Shown: one piece after another, positions 63,401 through 64,000 of the stretch
Layout of the letters: every line of letters starts with the position of its first letter
How positions within the stretch are numbered: the first letter of the stretch is position 1
Origin: Carcharhinus longimanus
Lineage: Eukaryota
Length of the DNA stretch: 64,000 bases
Assembly (NCBI GenBank): GCA_030264375.1
Contig: JASCQW010000119.1
Coordinates: forward strand, 10,945,896-11,009,895
Direction of reading: 5' to 3'
Translations under genes and position numbers: made by a program
The notes under the pieces: generated by a model
Told to the model about the DNA's origin: nothing
Databases searched by the model: none
What the model saw: only the letters and a program-made list of their open reading frames with translations

Positions 63401-64000
63401 GCTCAAATAACTATACATCTCCTCCTGAATACAACTGGATAATCCGCCCCTTAGTTTCTTTCGATCAAGAGAATTCTAAGGAATCCTGACTGTCTGAGAA
63501 AAACGTATTGTGGTCTTTGCTGTTCTAAATGGGAGATGTGTTGTTTTTAACCTGTTTTCCAGAGCTCAGATCCTTCCCACGACGGCAAACATTCTTTCCG
63601 AATCCACCCTCCCAATTCTGCGCAGTACAGTGTCTGGGCACGGAGGGTTTTGAAAACAAAAAGTGATTTGTAAAACGTAGGTATTGCTGAATCGGAAAGT
63701 GGTAAATGCCAAATAGCGTCAGAGCATTTAACGAACGATTTTCCACCCATGTTGGTATAGGGAGAAATCCACAGATCGAGACGTGGATAAGCCTAGATGA
63801 TGTGTTCTTGGAGCGAGCTCATGGGGCTGCAATATAATTGCATGTATGATTTGGGCGGTATTCGACTTGTTTTAGATGCTGTATTGTCTACTTGATTGAA
63901 TGTAATATTATTAACATGAATATATTTCTGCAGGTGGAAACGCAAATGAAGATTAGCTAGGGTGCATTTCCACTTTTTGTTATTGTGCTGTGGATTTTGA

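Larger units (their letters stand above)
1330..63600 (+). pseudogene. Array of decayed B7/butyrophilin(BG)-like gene modules (leader, IgV, IgC, TM, heptad-like microexons)
   Basis: Recurrent IgV motifs (W..VH.Y, GNA/GS.L, D.G.Y.C), IgC motifs (C.S.G.P..W, D..GLF.V), hydrophobic exons and phase 1-1 microexons, all on + strand between transposons; Ig exons carry stops and frameshifts. Confidence 0.65.

Noticed and set aside
1330-63600. Rearranging Ig/TCR locus
   Set aside because: I noticed no heptamer-spacer-nonamer RSS or J-segment (FGxG/WGxG) motif beside the V-like exons (by eye only), and several end in splice donors.

Overview
Eukaryotic draft-assembly DNA with nine N gaps, most likely from a shark (cartilaginous fish). 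The evidence is HE1-type SINEs, several CR1 LINE subfamilies, Rex/Babar, Ty3/Gypsy LTR elements and Penelope-type terminal repeats. No intact gene is visible, and most entries in the ORF track are noise or transposon fragments. Nearly all non-transposon sequence appears to be one dense, co-oriented (+ strand) array of decayed B7/butyrophilin (BTN/BG)-like gene modules. These comprise about 20 frameshifted IgV-like exons, about 12 IgC-like exons, leader and transmembrane remnants, and more than 20 short symmetric phase 1-1 microexons (mostly 27 or 36 nt). The microexons mostly have canonical AG/GT sites and fall into three recurring peptide families (ELxxLxxKC; E(Q/R/K)xLxxxEK; ELDxLKxALxx). 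Microexon coordinates are read directly from the sequence. Ig assignments were made by eye across stops and frameshifts, so each one alone is low to moderate confidence with approximate boundaries; the collective pattern is the stronger evidence.
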